Shown here: positions 1 through 13,200 of the stretch, in pieces
How the letters are laid out: each line of letters opens with the position of its first letter
Position numbering within the stretch: position 1 is the first letter of the stretch
Origin: Phoronis australis
Lineage: Eukaryota; Animalia; Phoronida
Length of the DNA stretch: 64,000 nucleotides
Direction: 5' to 3'
Assembly (NCBI GenBank): GCA_002633005.1
Contig: NMRA01000103.1
Coordinates: 18,576 to 82,575, forward strand
The notes under the pieces: generated by a model
Told to the model about the DNA's origin: nothing
What the model saw: the letters and a program-made list of their open reading frames with translations, nothing else
Databases searched by the model: none
Made by a program: the position numbers and the translations under genes

Positions 1-93
1 GAATCTCAGAAGCAGACGAACTCCTGCGGCTGCGAGTCGCCACAAACCACTTGTTTAAAGTCTGTAGATTGACACCTGACGCCCTTAGCGGAG

Positions 94-127
94 TATAAAA
101 TTCACTGTCATCTCTTCGAATCCAGTT
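94..127 (+). promoter_or_regulatory. Core promoter of the bHLH gene: TATA box plus Inr-like site
   Basis: TATAAAA at 94-100 and TCCAGTT at 121-127, about 30 bp apart, upstream of ATG 328. Confidence 0.5.
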
Positions 128-327
128 GTTCTATCGATCATAAATAAGTTTGAGTGGAGAGTATTGCATCTGCAAGCCGAGAAACATTGCGAAAATCAGC
201 CGTCAAAACGTCAGCTTTTCGTCCACGAATTCAGTTACATTTGTGCACTGTTTATGGTAACAACACGCCGACAGCTCGAAAGTACGCGTCAAATATCTAC
301 ACTATATTTCACTCCAAATGTACTATA

Positions 328-657
328 ATGCGAAGGAAGGCTTTCCAATCGTCAAGTGACAGTGGAGACGACAATTCTAGCACAGAAATGAGTGATTATT
401 CACTGCAAGTTAAGTACAAAAAGCGCGGGAGGCCAACCGGAAATAACGCGGCACGAGAGAGAACCAGGGTGCAGAGCCTGAGGAGTGCCTTCCTGGACTT
501 GCAAAGAACGTTACCATCGGTACCACCAGACACTAAGCTATCCAAACTAGACGTGCTGGTCCTGGCTACAACCTACATATCTTACCTCATAAAGACATTA
601 GATGACGGTGATAATGTTCCATTTGACACAATACAACAAAATTTCCATCCTGTCAAG
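328..657 (+). CDS. TCF24: TCF24-like coding exon 1 (bHLH domain)
   Basis: ATG at 328, bHLH motif, phase-0 GT donor at 658. Confidence 0.9.
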
Positions 658-3600
658 GTAAAGATTGCTAGTGTGTGAATGTGCGTGTGCGTGTGTAATG
701 TTGATACATTCGTTGTCTAGTTTGGATAAGCCCTTTAGGGTACACGAGATGGTCTCCGGGGTTAGGAATTACTTGATAATTGTGACATAGGCCCGTCCGA
801 AATGAAATGTGGTACTTATTCTCAAGCTTACCGTACATGTTTTGGAAAAGATTGACGCGCACCCATTAGGAGAAGTGGACAAAAAGGTCCGCCTCAAAGA
901 AACAAGAAGTCCGAGACGCACAGTGAAGGTTTTCTTTAGTCCTCCCGCTTTTTTGTCAGCAAAAGGTCAACATCGCCAGAAATTCGAGCCTCCCATATGA
1001 AAGGCTGGGTGCGCGTATGCAATGTAATAATTTTTTTTTTTTTTAAATTCATGTTTCATGGAGGAGGGGTGGTCGTCTATCAAGGGCTATTATTCCCAAG
1101 GAATACAGACTTGTTTGTTGTTCAGCAATGTCCCGTCCGCAAATGTTTTGAACGCAGCACTGAAAGAACCAGCGATGTATTTCATATAACCCAGCGATGT
1201 ATTTCATATAACCCAGCGATGTATTTCATATAACCCAGCGATGTATTTCATATAACCCAGCGATGTATTTCATATAACCCAGCGATGTATTTCATATAAC
1301 CTACATTAAGCAGTTGGCCAGAGACAACCCAACTGAATTACGACTTTTGAAACAATGGCAGCTTTGATTTTTCTGTGAATTCAGAGATGAATGTTAATTA
1401 TAACTTTTGGCCGTGTAACCTAAACAGTACATACGTATGCACGTCAATTATTTCTCTCCATTCTCAAAGTAAAACATAGACGTGGATTAGACTTTGTAAA
1501 ATATTGACGACCTTTCAAATGATTGGGAACAAGTTAACTTGAATACGATATGTAGCAGCAGCCCAGCTTGCTATAAATTAAACCAACATATTCACAACAA
1601 CAATGGTGTGCTGCGTAGACCAGAGAAACACGCGAAACGTAAAATTTGCAACTATTCACGAGATATCGCCATGCATTTCGAGCGAAACACGTGTCAATAC
1701 TAGCCTTCTTAGAATTTCTTGCGTGTACGGAATTCAGCCCAAAAAGCAGCTGTTGTATTCCTTTCTCTCACTACCTAGATTTTTTTCGATGAATAACAAT
1801 GCAATTATTCTAAACTTAGCACCTCTATCGAATGCAACGACACGCAGACATTGCAAATATTATCTTAGTAAATCGACATTATAAAAACAATCGACCACCC
1901 TACTGTTATTTTTATTTGTGTTGTCTTAGCTAATAGAGCACAGGAATAGCGTCCCCACCTCTCGTATTCCCAACTTAATTAGTCGCTGACAAATTTGAGC
2001 TCATCTTAAATTAGCAATCCAGGAAGAACAGAGACCCCGACCACAGGCTGTCGAGGAATCACTGCCGTGGAATGCAGAGACCAAATAAACAATGATTTTT
2101 AATCTAGATGGCAGCTCTGTTGGATGACGGCATGTTAGGATACGATAACAAGCTGCTTTCCGACATGAATTTGATGGCCACACGTTGTCTATTGACACAC
2201 AAACGTAAAGATAAAGAAAATATAGAGCTTGAAGTTAACCTAGATTTCGAGAGAAACACAAAAATTCAACAATTTAAAGTAGACGACCACAAGCGAAAAA
2301 TGGCGTCGGCGCATGGAACTGAGAACGTGAAAGTATTTTTTAGATTCTGAAGGACATTTGTTCGTGCGATCATCCATCCGCCAGATTGCCACCGGACAAG
2401 TATAATAAAAGAAAAATGTGGCTACGACTGTGGGATAAAGGGGTGACAAACAGAGAGAGACGCTTGCAATTACCCGGGCGACGAAGCTCTGAAAAAAGTG
2501 GGGCTATAGCCCCCCAGCCCCTCTATGTTGCACCGCCCATAGACCATGGACAGCGCAGCACTGAAAAAATGTGGTTGGCTATTGCCCCCCCCAGCCCCCT
2601 ATAGTGCTTCGCCCATGAACTAAAGAGGCATGGAACGCGAAATCTCGTAAAAAATAAGTGTTAAGCAATTCCCGACGAAAGTACCATCTTGCAACGTCTA
2701 GTACATAGCAATTCACTTTCCCCTGTGAGCAAATTTCCTGAAAAAATCACAAAACTCGCGATTTTTGAAATAAGTTGCGAAGGAAGATACCACAGAATTT
2801 CAAATCTCCCACCCACTAATGATAAATGTGCGCATGCGCTCCCAGTCAGTTGCTTGAAGTCATTTGAGGCCAAAAGTCACATTTTCCATACAAGGGAAAT
2901 GTGCTACGTTTATGTCCTGCCATACCAAATAAGGAGACGTGCTTTGCCATGAGGAAGAAAAATCGACGAGGTAACGAGCAGTTCAGATATTTTTTTTTGG
3001 AAAGGAAATGCTTTGGTTTCATCAGAAATTAAAAATTTTTACGAACAAACACTATAAATACCTGGTGAGCAGGTTGGATTATGTTCAGTGACAGAAAACC
3101 ACTTTCAGTACTGCAATTTAGTCTGTTTATCGCGTTCCAAGCCTCTTTAAGGTTTTCGGGAAATCAGTTTTCAAAGTCGTAAACCAAGGAAAATACGAGT
3201 AACAAGGTCCTAAACTAATGTACACTCAGCCTATGAACAATAGAAATAAAAACATGCCATGGTATTGTTTATACTTGTATTATCTTAAAAGATCATATGA
3301 GTATAAAACAAAAGCACCGTAACATCGACTAGGCGTCCATTTTCAGTTGATGCAACACAAACGGCAAGCTACAAATGGTGAATGAATTTTTTCAAGCCTT
3401 GCCACATGGTGAGAAGCAGATGACAAAATCCGTTGGTATACACCCTCTATGCTAACAATTACAAATTTAAAAATGAAAAACCATGTAGAGAATAGATCAA
3501 ACATAGGGAAGTTTTGCCTCGACTTTGTCACAGTTAAGGGGAGAAACTGCATGCGTACGAAAGACACTAGGTGGACGAATGTGGGAACAGTTATGATAAT

Positions 3601-6600
3601 CAAACCAAAAATATCACTCGTACGGGGAACAGTATTCGAAGTCTTTTGGAAAAATGTTGGTGTTGAGGTAAAACCGTTTACACCTTGTCACAAAATATTG
3701 AAGTCTACAGAGAGACTGCAATGCAAACTTCAAATTAAATACACGAGCAGAAAGGTATGATAGCCGCAGGAAGGTAATGTAAAAATTATTGAGGGGGAGG
3801 GTGGGGGGTACAAACCAATTCGACCTCACCAACGTACCTCCTTCCTATCGACACCCCCCCGTTCTCTGTATGTCACCATATTTGTACTGATCCCCCACGT
3901 CCGCCGCCATAGGTGGGTTGGGGGTATACCTGAGATGCACTCATGAGGATTTGAGTAACCGTGAACCAACAAAGTTTCACGGCGAGTGGGCCTAGAGCCA
4001 GCGCACTGACGGGTAGCTGGGATCCAACAGTGGATTCGATGAGCTAGAGCTAGTCGCTGGTTAGCTCAGCTATGATTCATTTGAGACAGGGAGCTTAGCT
4101 CGTACCTATTCCTCTGCGCTGGCTCTAAGGTCAAGATTCGTTTTATAATGATCAAGTTTCGAGAAAACTTTATTTTATCATAGCCATTCTTCGAAGGAAT
4201 TTTTGGAAAGGTGAGGTCCCGAGGGCCCTGGTATGAGTGCCTTTGTGGCCGTTTCAAAATCCCTAATGAAACACAGCCGGTAGTTCGCTTTCTTGTGCCT
4301 AGGGAAATACACACTTCATATAGTGGATGCTTCAGTCCGTGTGTGTAGTATGCACAGGAATGGAAAGCAAATGATTCCGTTTTGAAGAAAATTCATTGCG
4401 CAATGCTATTGAAAATTAACAACATGAAGGAAGTGCAAAGAGATCCTTTCCAAGTTGATGAGCAATAAGTTTAATTTTATTTATTAAGTACATGTACTTA
4501 AACTTCTTCGATCTACGGTTTGTGAAATTAAGTCCAATAATCTATTTCCTAAGTCAATAAACAGTTTATTGTCATTTCAATTGTGAGAAATTTTTAGGAC
4601 ACTTTGTAGAGCTGTCCGACATTCATTTCTTTCAGATAGACAAATCAAATCATTTAGTGTACACTGTATTTGGGGATCTGATGATAGATTGAATTTTCCC
4701 AGTGTCTGCATGCAACTAAATTCGTTGAAGCATTGCCATTTCTTAAAAGATTAGCTTTTAGTTGTAAAAAATCATCAGTCATTCGGCTCATTATCCTTGA
4801 TACGTAAACCAACAATCGAATCCATGAGCAATACGTTTACCTTGCTTTAATGACTTTAAAGTCCTTTTTGATCCCCTGTTAGTGACTTTAAACATCGGAT
4901 CTTGTACCGAAGTTAAAAAGCAATGCATTTTTGACATTTGAAATGTGAGTAAATTTTTGGGAATTGTCCAAATTTCATCAATTGGTTATTTTAGATAGGC
5001 AAGAAGCGTTCGAGTGCACTTTACTATTTGGGGATCTGATTATAGTTTTTTTCCATAATCAGACTTCAACTAAATTCACTGAAACATCATCAGTTCTTAT
5101 AATATTCGCTTCAAAAATCACCTATTAACACCTCGGTTTTCGTAGATACATAAACATGTAAACCAGAAACCAACGAATTTGTTTATCAAAACGGAATGTT
5201 ATAATCTCCGCAGGCATGATCGCAGATTTTTGACAGGTAGCCCGAGGAACATGGGACATTCATATTAAGGTGAATTTTTGCTCATTTCCTAGGTACCTAT
5301 AACGGTTCACGAGTTTAATTTGAACTTCAAAAAAAAAACTGCTGAAATATTTGTTTATTATTGCGAGTATTTTGAGTGCCGCACATGTACACGGCGGTCA
5401 TCACAAATCGTAGCCCACAGTCTTTTCGACATCCTAGAAACGACCTTCAAGAATAGTAACTATTCTTGTGATACTACTGGGAAAATACAACATAATTTAT
5501 AACTAACCATCGGAAGTAGCCTTTTTGTGTAATTCACTGATAGTGATCTTCACGTACTTCAAAATTCCAACTTTTTGATGGTGGTCAATCCCATTGTCTT
5601 TTTCAGATTTTTGGTTGTTTGGGTCGAATGTTTTGATATTGCTGTGCTGTGCACGGTTGCTTTGGGTTTTTGATGAATTTGGAATCTCAACTTCCCCTCG
5701 TGAATACTTGGCAGTGTCAGATTTACATGTAGAAGGATACCGAACTGCCCCACCGAGAGGGGGCGCCGTCTGAAATGGAACATGTAAGATGAAAGGCTAC
5801 ACATCGCTAAGGTTGGAGAAGAGTGACAGTTCATTCCACTATCGGATAACTTTGCAAGAAGTAACTTTCCTCAGCATGAAAGCCTGTTGTACGATTTGAC
5901 GAAAAACAGGAAAATAGAAATAATCGATTCCAACATTGAGCCCTCTCTTCGTGAGCGGGCTCTTAAGAATTTGCCAATTAAAACACGAAAAGGGTGGCCA
6001 CTTGAATGTCATCAATGGTCCTCCTCAAAAGCTGGGGCCCTAAATATGAAAAGATCTATATTTTCAAAAGTCAGGAAATGCGCAACAATTGATATAATCT
6101 GCCAGGCCATCAATTTTCTCAAGTGATACACAATTTAGAGAAAGTAAAACACAAAAATAGAGCGACAGTGGTCTTCCTTATCCTTTGATGGAGAAGAGTC
6201 TCTGGAAAGTATAATTCCGCATTAATGCATTTACAAAACTGTCTTATTGAATTTAAAATCCAGTGAATTAATGTGCTCCGCAAAGCTTCGCTTTACGAAT
6301 TTCTCGAAATATATGTATAAAGGATAAAGTGAACGTTTTCAAGAGCGTTTAGGCGACCTACATGTATGCAGCAAAAATGGAAACCCTAACAACAATATCG
6401 TGGAGAGGGCCCTCAAAGGGTAAACCATGCACTGATACCGAGTTGTCAAATATTCTCTTGAAATTTCTCTTATCTGTATTCGTAATCTTTCCTTTCTCGC
6501 CTGTCTCCGGCCCCAAGCCTATGTCGTTTGCCATGGTTAACACTGACGCCTGCAAGTTTTTAGAGGCATGGGCCCCCTGCCCCCCTCCCCTCGCTTCCTA

Positions 6601-8190
6601 CGACCCTGCAGCCATTGTACGGTAGTCAGAACTGAATTGCGCCAAAAGTGTCGGTAGGTGCTATCGCTTTAACACGGTTATGTGGAATAGGTGAAGACCA
6701 GCTTACCACAAACTTACAAATTCGGAGATAATACTCTGGTAGCTACTGTAATTATGTTACTTCTACGCAGGTGCCAGGGTTGGGAAATTAAGACAAGCAG
6801 AAACTGATGGCCACGAGGGGGTGCTGCAGTAGTCGGAATGGCACTGAAATTCATCAAAACGTTCGGTGACAGAGAGCTAACCGAAATTAGTCGCAATAAG
6901 ATTGTAAAATACTAAAATTAAGAAGTAAACATGTTGGTGTGATGACTGAACGACGAATGTGTAAATGTTATTTATGCAATTTTCTCTTTTAATAAAAAAT
7001 CAGAAATGACGCGTTTAAGTTTAATTTCAGACACTGTACTATGCAATGTTCTCAAAACGTTGTCAGAATTTCTTTGTAATATTCAACTTTGGCACCAGCG
7101 CTTTCAAAATTGGGACCTTTAGGATTTTTACGAAAAAAAGTATTAGGCTTTGAAGAAAAAGGAAAACGTAATTCAGAAAACAGTGCAACGTAACTTTTTT
7201 GAGATTTTTGAACTGTGTTAAACAGGCAAACATGCAAGGTCCTCTGCAAACTGAAATACACGGCCAAGCCAATTACAGCCTTCTTCCAACGGAGTTGTTA
7301 TTCTAGGAGTATTGGGCTATCGAGAAAATGCTAGAAAAACTTTTTTACAGTACAAGGAAACATGATTTAAAGTACTCAAACGCAGACACGTCAAACGATA
7401 CGTGGTCTAGTCCTTTCGCGCCACATAGTGTCACCGCGACCAAACAGCAAAGGATGTAGGAGCGTGTATTGGATAGAACACCAATGTATGTGTGTGTGTG
7501 TGTGTGTGTGCGCGCGCGCGCGTGCGTGTTAACTAAAAGTTCTCGAGGTGACATACAGAAAAGTCGGGGAAGATGCCTAACAGTTCATAACATTTGGCAA
7601 TTCAGGGTTCAGTGTCGTCAGACCGATAACATTAAAGCTATGTTCCATCCCGTATCCCGTTTAGCTGCCTAAAACGAACATCCAATATGGTTTTTTACTC
7701 TAATTAACGTGGTCTCATCAGTTTCCTTGCCGCGAAATGATTCTATTTTCGTACACGGTTCAATTTCGATTTCGCATCCCCCAAAAACCGTCTTGTCGGT
7801 AACGGAACAAAATCCTATCATGGACGGTGAAAGATATTATGAAACTGATTTGTGTGTCGGCGGTAAAAGGCCTAATAACATTATCACTTCTGAGCCAGTT
7901 AAACGTACACGGTGACTGAAATTCTGTTTTTAATGCATTGCAGGAACGAACTTAACACCACTGCTCAGAGCATACTGGTAGATTGGTAAAAAGTCAAAAT
8001 CATTCTACAGACTACCTAGTTTTAAATATATATATATATATATTTAAGAATTCTATAGTTTTGCAAATGTTTGGCAAATGCAACCTTGTCGATAAGGTCC
8101 AACATAGCCTTAATGCTTCTTTTGTAGAAATGGCCGATGAGGTCGCGACTGTACGCAGGGCTGACAAGTTCATCAAACCAAATGACGTAA
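328..8190 (+). CDS. TCF24: TCF24/TCF23-family bHLH transcription factor, 2 coding exons (328-657, 8128-8190), about 130 aa
   Basis: [48 protein letters not shown] bHLH; exon 1 ends HPVK at AAG|GTAAAG (658); exon 2 follows TTTTGTAG and reads [11 protein letters not shown], rebuilding the family [13 protein letters not shown] motif; AATAAA at 8534. Confidence 0.9.
1167..1300. repeat. Minisatellite, 22-bp unit x6
   Basis: AACCCAGCGATGTATTTCATAT repeated in tandem. Confidence 0.95.
2621..3150. mobile_element. Non-autonomous TIR element with TTAA-type ends (Kolobok/piggyBac-like MITE)
   Basis: TIRs AAAGAGGCATGGAACGCGA / TCGCGTTCCAAGCCTCTTT followed by AA; diverged second copy at 47805-48345. Confidence 0.7.
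7487..7528. repeat. (TG)n(CG)n microsatellite
   Basis: Alternating purine-pyrimidine run. Confidence 0.9.
8128..8190 (+). CDS. TCF24: TCF24-like coding exon 2 ([20 protein letters not shown])
   Basis: Polypyrimidine tract plus TAG acceptor at 8125-8127; conserved WPMRSRLY motif; TAA at 8188-8190. Confidence 0.9.
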   Translation, partial: KWPMRSRLYAGLTSSSNQMT

Positions 8191-8635
8191 ACTTCACGGA
8201 CTATTTCACCGTCAGTGAAAGATGAATCCGCATAGGGAGCCGTTGGAAACGAATCGATATTCCAAATGAAAAACACGTCTTTGTCAATTTAAGGAACTTG
8301 CTGTGCAAGCCATCAATGAGTTGGCGCCTATCTGGAGAAAATGGTCACACAGAGACCCCTGGTGCATAGATGACAAAACAGAACAGCTTTTGCACTTTTG
8401 TCATTTCTCGATGTTCTTCCAGAATGATCCAACCACACCTCCACCTGGCGGATAGTTAAAGAACGCAAAATCATGGTTCTCTAATGACTTTATACCAGCA
8501 GCAGTATCCCTGTTTGTAAATGTTGTCAATGAAAATAAATTGTTTAAGTAAACTAATACAAATGATATTTCGTACAACCAGCAAATTGGGGCTTTACTAC
8601 CAGCTACAATAACTGAACACCATTATCTTTTAATT

Positions 8636-8780
8636 CAAAACATGGATGCCTAGCACAGGCCCCCAAAACATGGATGCCTAGCACAGGCCCCAAAACATGG
8701 ATGCCTAGCAAAGGCCCTCAAAACATGGATGCCTAGCACAGGCCCCCAAAACATGGATGCCTAGCACAGGCCCCCAAAAC
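8636..8780. repeat. Minisatellite, ~28-bp unit x5, between the convergent TCF24 and SPICE1 3' ends
   Basis: CAAAACATGGATGCCTAGCACAGGCCCC in tandem. Confidence 0.95.
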
Positions 8781-10145
8781 ACTGTGAATGCCAACAGCTA
8801 GGTACATACACAAAAACACAAAACTACAATGTTAGTGGCTAGTAACAAAATCCACAAAAACCAGAATTTAATTTAATCACTTACGACAGTAAAAGGACAA
8901 AATTAAAAGTTCACTTTTTGCAAGGAAAGAGATTTATTTTCAGTTTACAGAATTAGAGAAAATTCACGACTTCCTCCGCCCATTCTACTGCTGATTGTAC
9001 TAGTCCACATCAAAATGCAGTTTCTAGAATATGGGTTAACAGGCATGATCTCATAACATTATGTACAAATGATCTCATAACATTATGTACAAAAATAATT
9101 CAAGGTGTGAATTTTATTTTTGATACAGAGCATGGCACTAAAGGTACTGACATAGAAATGTGTTGAAAATGCTACACTCTATAGTGCTTTATTCATATAC
9201 ATATATACAGACATTCTACATGTACGCACAGACAACTTGATCCATAGGCTCTGCCTGTAGTGCCGTGAATCCAAATGGCACCTTTTAGCTTTGTTTTGAT
9301 GCCACTGGCCATGGAAATTGCACCACCAGTCTACGTACTTATAATGTTGTGTATATCTATACAAACAAACCACAAAGGATATTACACAGATGATGCAAAG
9401 TAGCGTTGTCTGGAGGCTGCCATCGTTTCCCCACTCCTGCACCATCTATTGTTCACAACAATAACCAATGCAATGCAGAATTGATATTATCAATGCCAGA
9501 AAGAGTTATTGTCATGTAGCTCCTTGTTCACAACCCTCTTTAATTCCTTTAAATACATCAACATATTGCCAATTTCAAATATGGCGTTAACATGGTGAAA
9601 TACGCCTTGTCACTAGATGTCGATAGTGACCTAGTGGCATTCCACATTCCTGTATGGCATGCAGTTCGGTATTTTCCAGACATGTTATTAGTAAGTTCTT
9701 TGCAATCACCAGGCCGTCAATTGTCACTACTGAGCACGATCAACAGGGTGTCAATTGCCCCACTAACTACAGTGGAATTGTCAAATGAGTCGCACAACTT
9801 CTCAAAATGTCCCTGGGTGAAAGAAATCGTGTTTCAACTTGACCCGTGTTGAATGCAAGAATTAGAAACTGGGTCAAGCAAAAGATGCTTTTGTGCTCTC
9901 ACAACAGTAAAGAGTTGCATGTAGGATGAATCCTGTTGATCAAAAAAATTATAGGAATGACACACACTATACTCTTGACAGGTGAAAAACAATGTCAACA
10001 CCTGTCCAGTGAAACACCTGACTGAGCCATATAGCTATGCAACTCCAAATTAACTCCTACAACAGTTTGGAGCTACAACCTCACTCTCATAGAACAAACA
10101 TGATATTAGCTTGGCTTCATTCTCAAGACCATAATAGGCCATGTT

Positions 10146-10233
10146 TCACCAGCCAACATGAGCTGCAAGACCTAAGTAGTTCTGTTGATCACCACCAGGT
10201 AGTGCATTGTTCTGCAGCAGCCTGGGGACAGTT
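10146..10233 (-). CDS. SPICE1: SPICE1 last coding exon (...QNYLGLAAHVGW*)
   Basis: TTGCAG acceptor, TGA at 10146-10148; minus-strand AATAAA candidates at 9113-9118 and 8933-8938. Confidence 0.85.
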
Positions 10234-13200
10234 CTGCAATGAAGAATGGAAAAAACCGTAATTGACGACGTCAATTATTCACACTTCAATTTGTCTTACA
10301 TCACTCTTTGGATATTTACAGAATTTACGTCTTATTTTGCTCACTTTCTTGCAGAGAAAAGGCCGGGGACACACATATGGTATTTCACTTTGTTAAATAT
10401 ATTTATGTGAGCATATGGACCCGCCTTACTCCTTTTCCCCCTCATCTTGGTCTATTCCATTAATCCCTTGCGTAGGACTACACGTCGTTTTTCCAGCGTT
10501 CGCATTGGTCTGTTGTTATCACGTGCCTCGAGTTTGGTAAGCTCTGGGCTCTTATAAGCTGATGATTGTCACGCCTTTTTCTTTATTATTGTAACCTCGC
10601 TTTCAGTTCACTTTGTTCCGGCCACATTGTTGTAAGTTAAAAACTCATTCAATTTTCTCCTGCACCATCAAGCCCCTCACGGCAAGCTTTTTTTTCCTGT
10701 TCTCTCCGATGCCTATTCATTGTGCTTGTCTTGGTTCATCCTACTTCCGGTGGCTGGGCCATTTTGCCCAGTCTCCCCCGACACATTTTACTCTTGGGTT
10801 CGATCCCCTTCATGTCCCGTCTCATAACCCCTTTGTGCCCTCTGTGTCAGAAGTGCTTTGCGGCAATGTTTGCCTGCCTAGCACTGTGTGTATTGTGCTC
10901 CCACCCCCTTTGTGCCCTCTTGTCTGAGGCGCTTCGGCACNNNNNNNNNNNNNNNNNNNNTCCTTCCTCGTATATTACGTCACTACACCTTTAGCGCCCT
11001 CTGTTGTCACATGTCACCCCCCCATTCACGTAACCGTTCATTTTCAGTTGCGTTTTTAATTTCGTTATCTGTCACTTATGACCTGTGCCCCTTTTCGATA
11101 CCTTATTCCCCCTTTCGAGGTTTCTGACCTCATTCTCCTACCCCTACCCACGGGGCCCTTCCGCCCATAGCCTGTGGCCCGCCGATGGGCATGAGCTGTC
11201 TTACTACATCTCTTGTGGCACTTTTTATTGCCCATCTTACCAGAGATTACCTATTATACTTATTTACCTGTATTCATTTTATTGTAATTGTACTAGTCAT
11301 AATAAATGACCTGATATCGCATACCTCGGTCTCCTTTTCATCTCTGGTAACGAGCTTGTGACGCACGTATCATTTATCTATTATTCGGGACATATGTCAA
11401 TCATAAATTGTGAATTGTTTTAAAGAGATCAAAGATGAGTGTCATTTTCTTTGTCGTAATGAAATGCTGCAAATCCATAGACAATGTACATTGTACAATG
11501 CACAATGCAAGTTTCAAAAAATTAGTTCATCAAATTATACACACAATAAAACACAATCAAGGCTTCAAATCCAAACATGGTCCTTCAAGCTGATGAGAAA
11601 GAATTACCTCATGTCCGCATTATTTGGTGACGGTGTCACAGAGAGGGTGTCAACTTGTGGTACTGATACAGTGATAGCGCGTCTGGTCAGGGTGCTTCCT
11701 GATTGTGTAGGCGTTACCTGAAAAGGTAGGAACTGATTTAGCATCTCTGTCAATTGTTCGTGAAATTAAGCTTCTTCTGCTGCAGTTTTGTTCCCATTAC
11801 AGGAAGAGAAATCATCAAATTTACTTTTCACGAATCAGTTACATTCTCTTCAAAACATCACAATGAAGCCTAGAACTAATCCTCAGCGCCATGTCACTCC
11901 AGGAAACAAACAAAGGTTATCTGCGCAATGAGTAAGTAACCGCATGTCTCACATTTTAAAACAGTGAATTGTTTAGCCCTTGCAATATCCTATAAGTGCA
12001 CCTGGGTGTGCTTTCAGAAAAAAACATACAGAAATGAAAAATACAAAACAAGACTTGTGTTCAATTTCAAACTTTCTATCACTGAATGAAAGTTATTAAG
12101 AATGGACAAAAACATATAAGACCGAGTTAAGTTAACCCTGTAGCTCACCCACCCACCCCTGCTTATCAATGAAGCATTGGCACGTGCATTGTACTCTTGC
12201 CATAACGGCTTTAACAGCAAAATTAGGTCCAACAACTATTAGTGTGGCAGAATTATAATTACAGAATGGCCTGGCCAACTTTCCTGGTATTAGCAAACCA
12301 GCTAGCTTTACGAAGACTATGGTCAAAATATTTAGTAATAATACAGCTTTGTACCAAGGCTATCCTGGTATATCCCCTACAGCATTGGTCATAAGAGAAG
12401 ACTAGGTGGTTTTAATTGAGTATTTTGCAGACACAAACAAGTGCTGATACACTGGGTAAGTTTCTAGATATAATTATGGCATATTTGTGGAAATTTTCAT
12501 GCATTTGTTCATATAAATTTATTGCTGTGCCATGTGCTTTTTTTGCTAGTTTTTCATTACAGTTATCGGCATCAGCACTAAGTGTTGTTACATTTATTGT
12601 TACAAACACACTTGCCTATAACGCAGTATGTAAATAGGCAACTCTTTGACCCGCACGGAAATGTATATTGCGAACACTTTTCAGTCTGTTCAGCAAGTCA
12701 CCAGTGGCCACATCACATGACCTAATAAAAATTAGTCAGAAAACACTTCTGCCTCAGCCGGGACTTGAATCTGGGACCTTCTGCTAATTGTGCAGACACT
12801 CTAGACCACTGGGCCATCAGGATCAATGAGCCATCAGGACCACTGGTCCAATACGGAAAACCAATCAGACTTAGCAGTGGCGTGCTGACCAGACTTAGTA
12901 GAGGCATGATAACCAGACTTTTAAAACTGTTTGCAAGAGTCAGTACATACCCACTGTTTGTGATGCTTGTCTTTCACAGGTATCTCTGTTGGAACTGTTG
13001 GAATGGGTGATATTGATGGAGAGACACGGCTTCTTGACTTTTCCTAAAAATGTGTTGCATAGCGATGTTCTAGTTCAAGTAACATTATTGGTAACAAAAG
13101 CAATTTTCTGAAACCAGTCACAGAGCAGATTCCAACCTTCACATTGCAGTCAAACGGTCAGCAACTAAAAAAACCCACAAACATCAATTTCAGCTACTGG

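Noticed and set aside
154-327. N-terminal extension of the bHLH ORF from GTG 154
   Set aside because: Non-ATG start in a eukaryote; first ATG is at 328, so this is likely 5' UTR
1303-1990. Candidate second exons for the bHLH gene near 1314 and 1930
   Set aside because: The conserved KWPMRSRLY exon is at 8128
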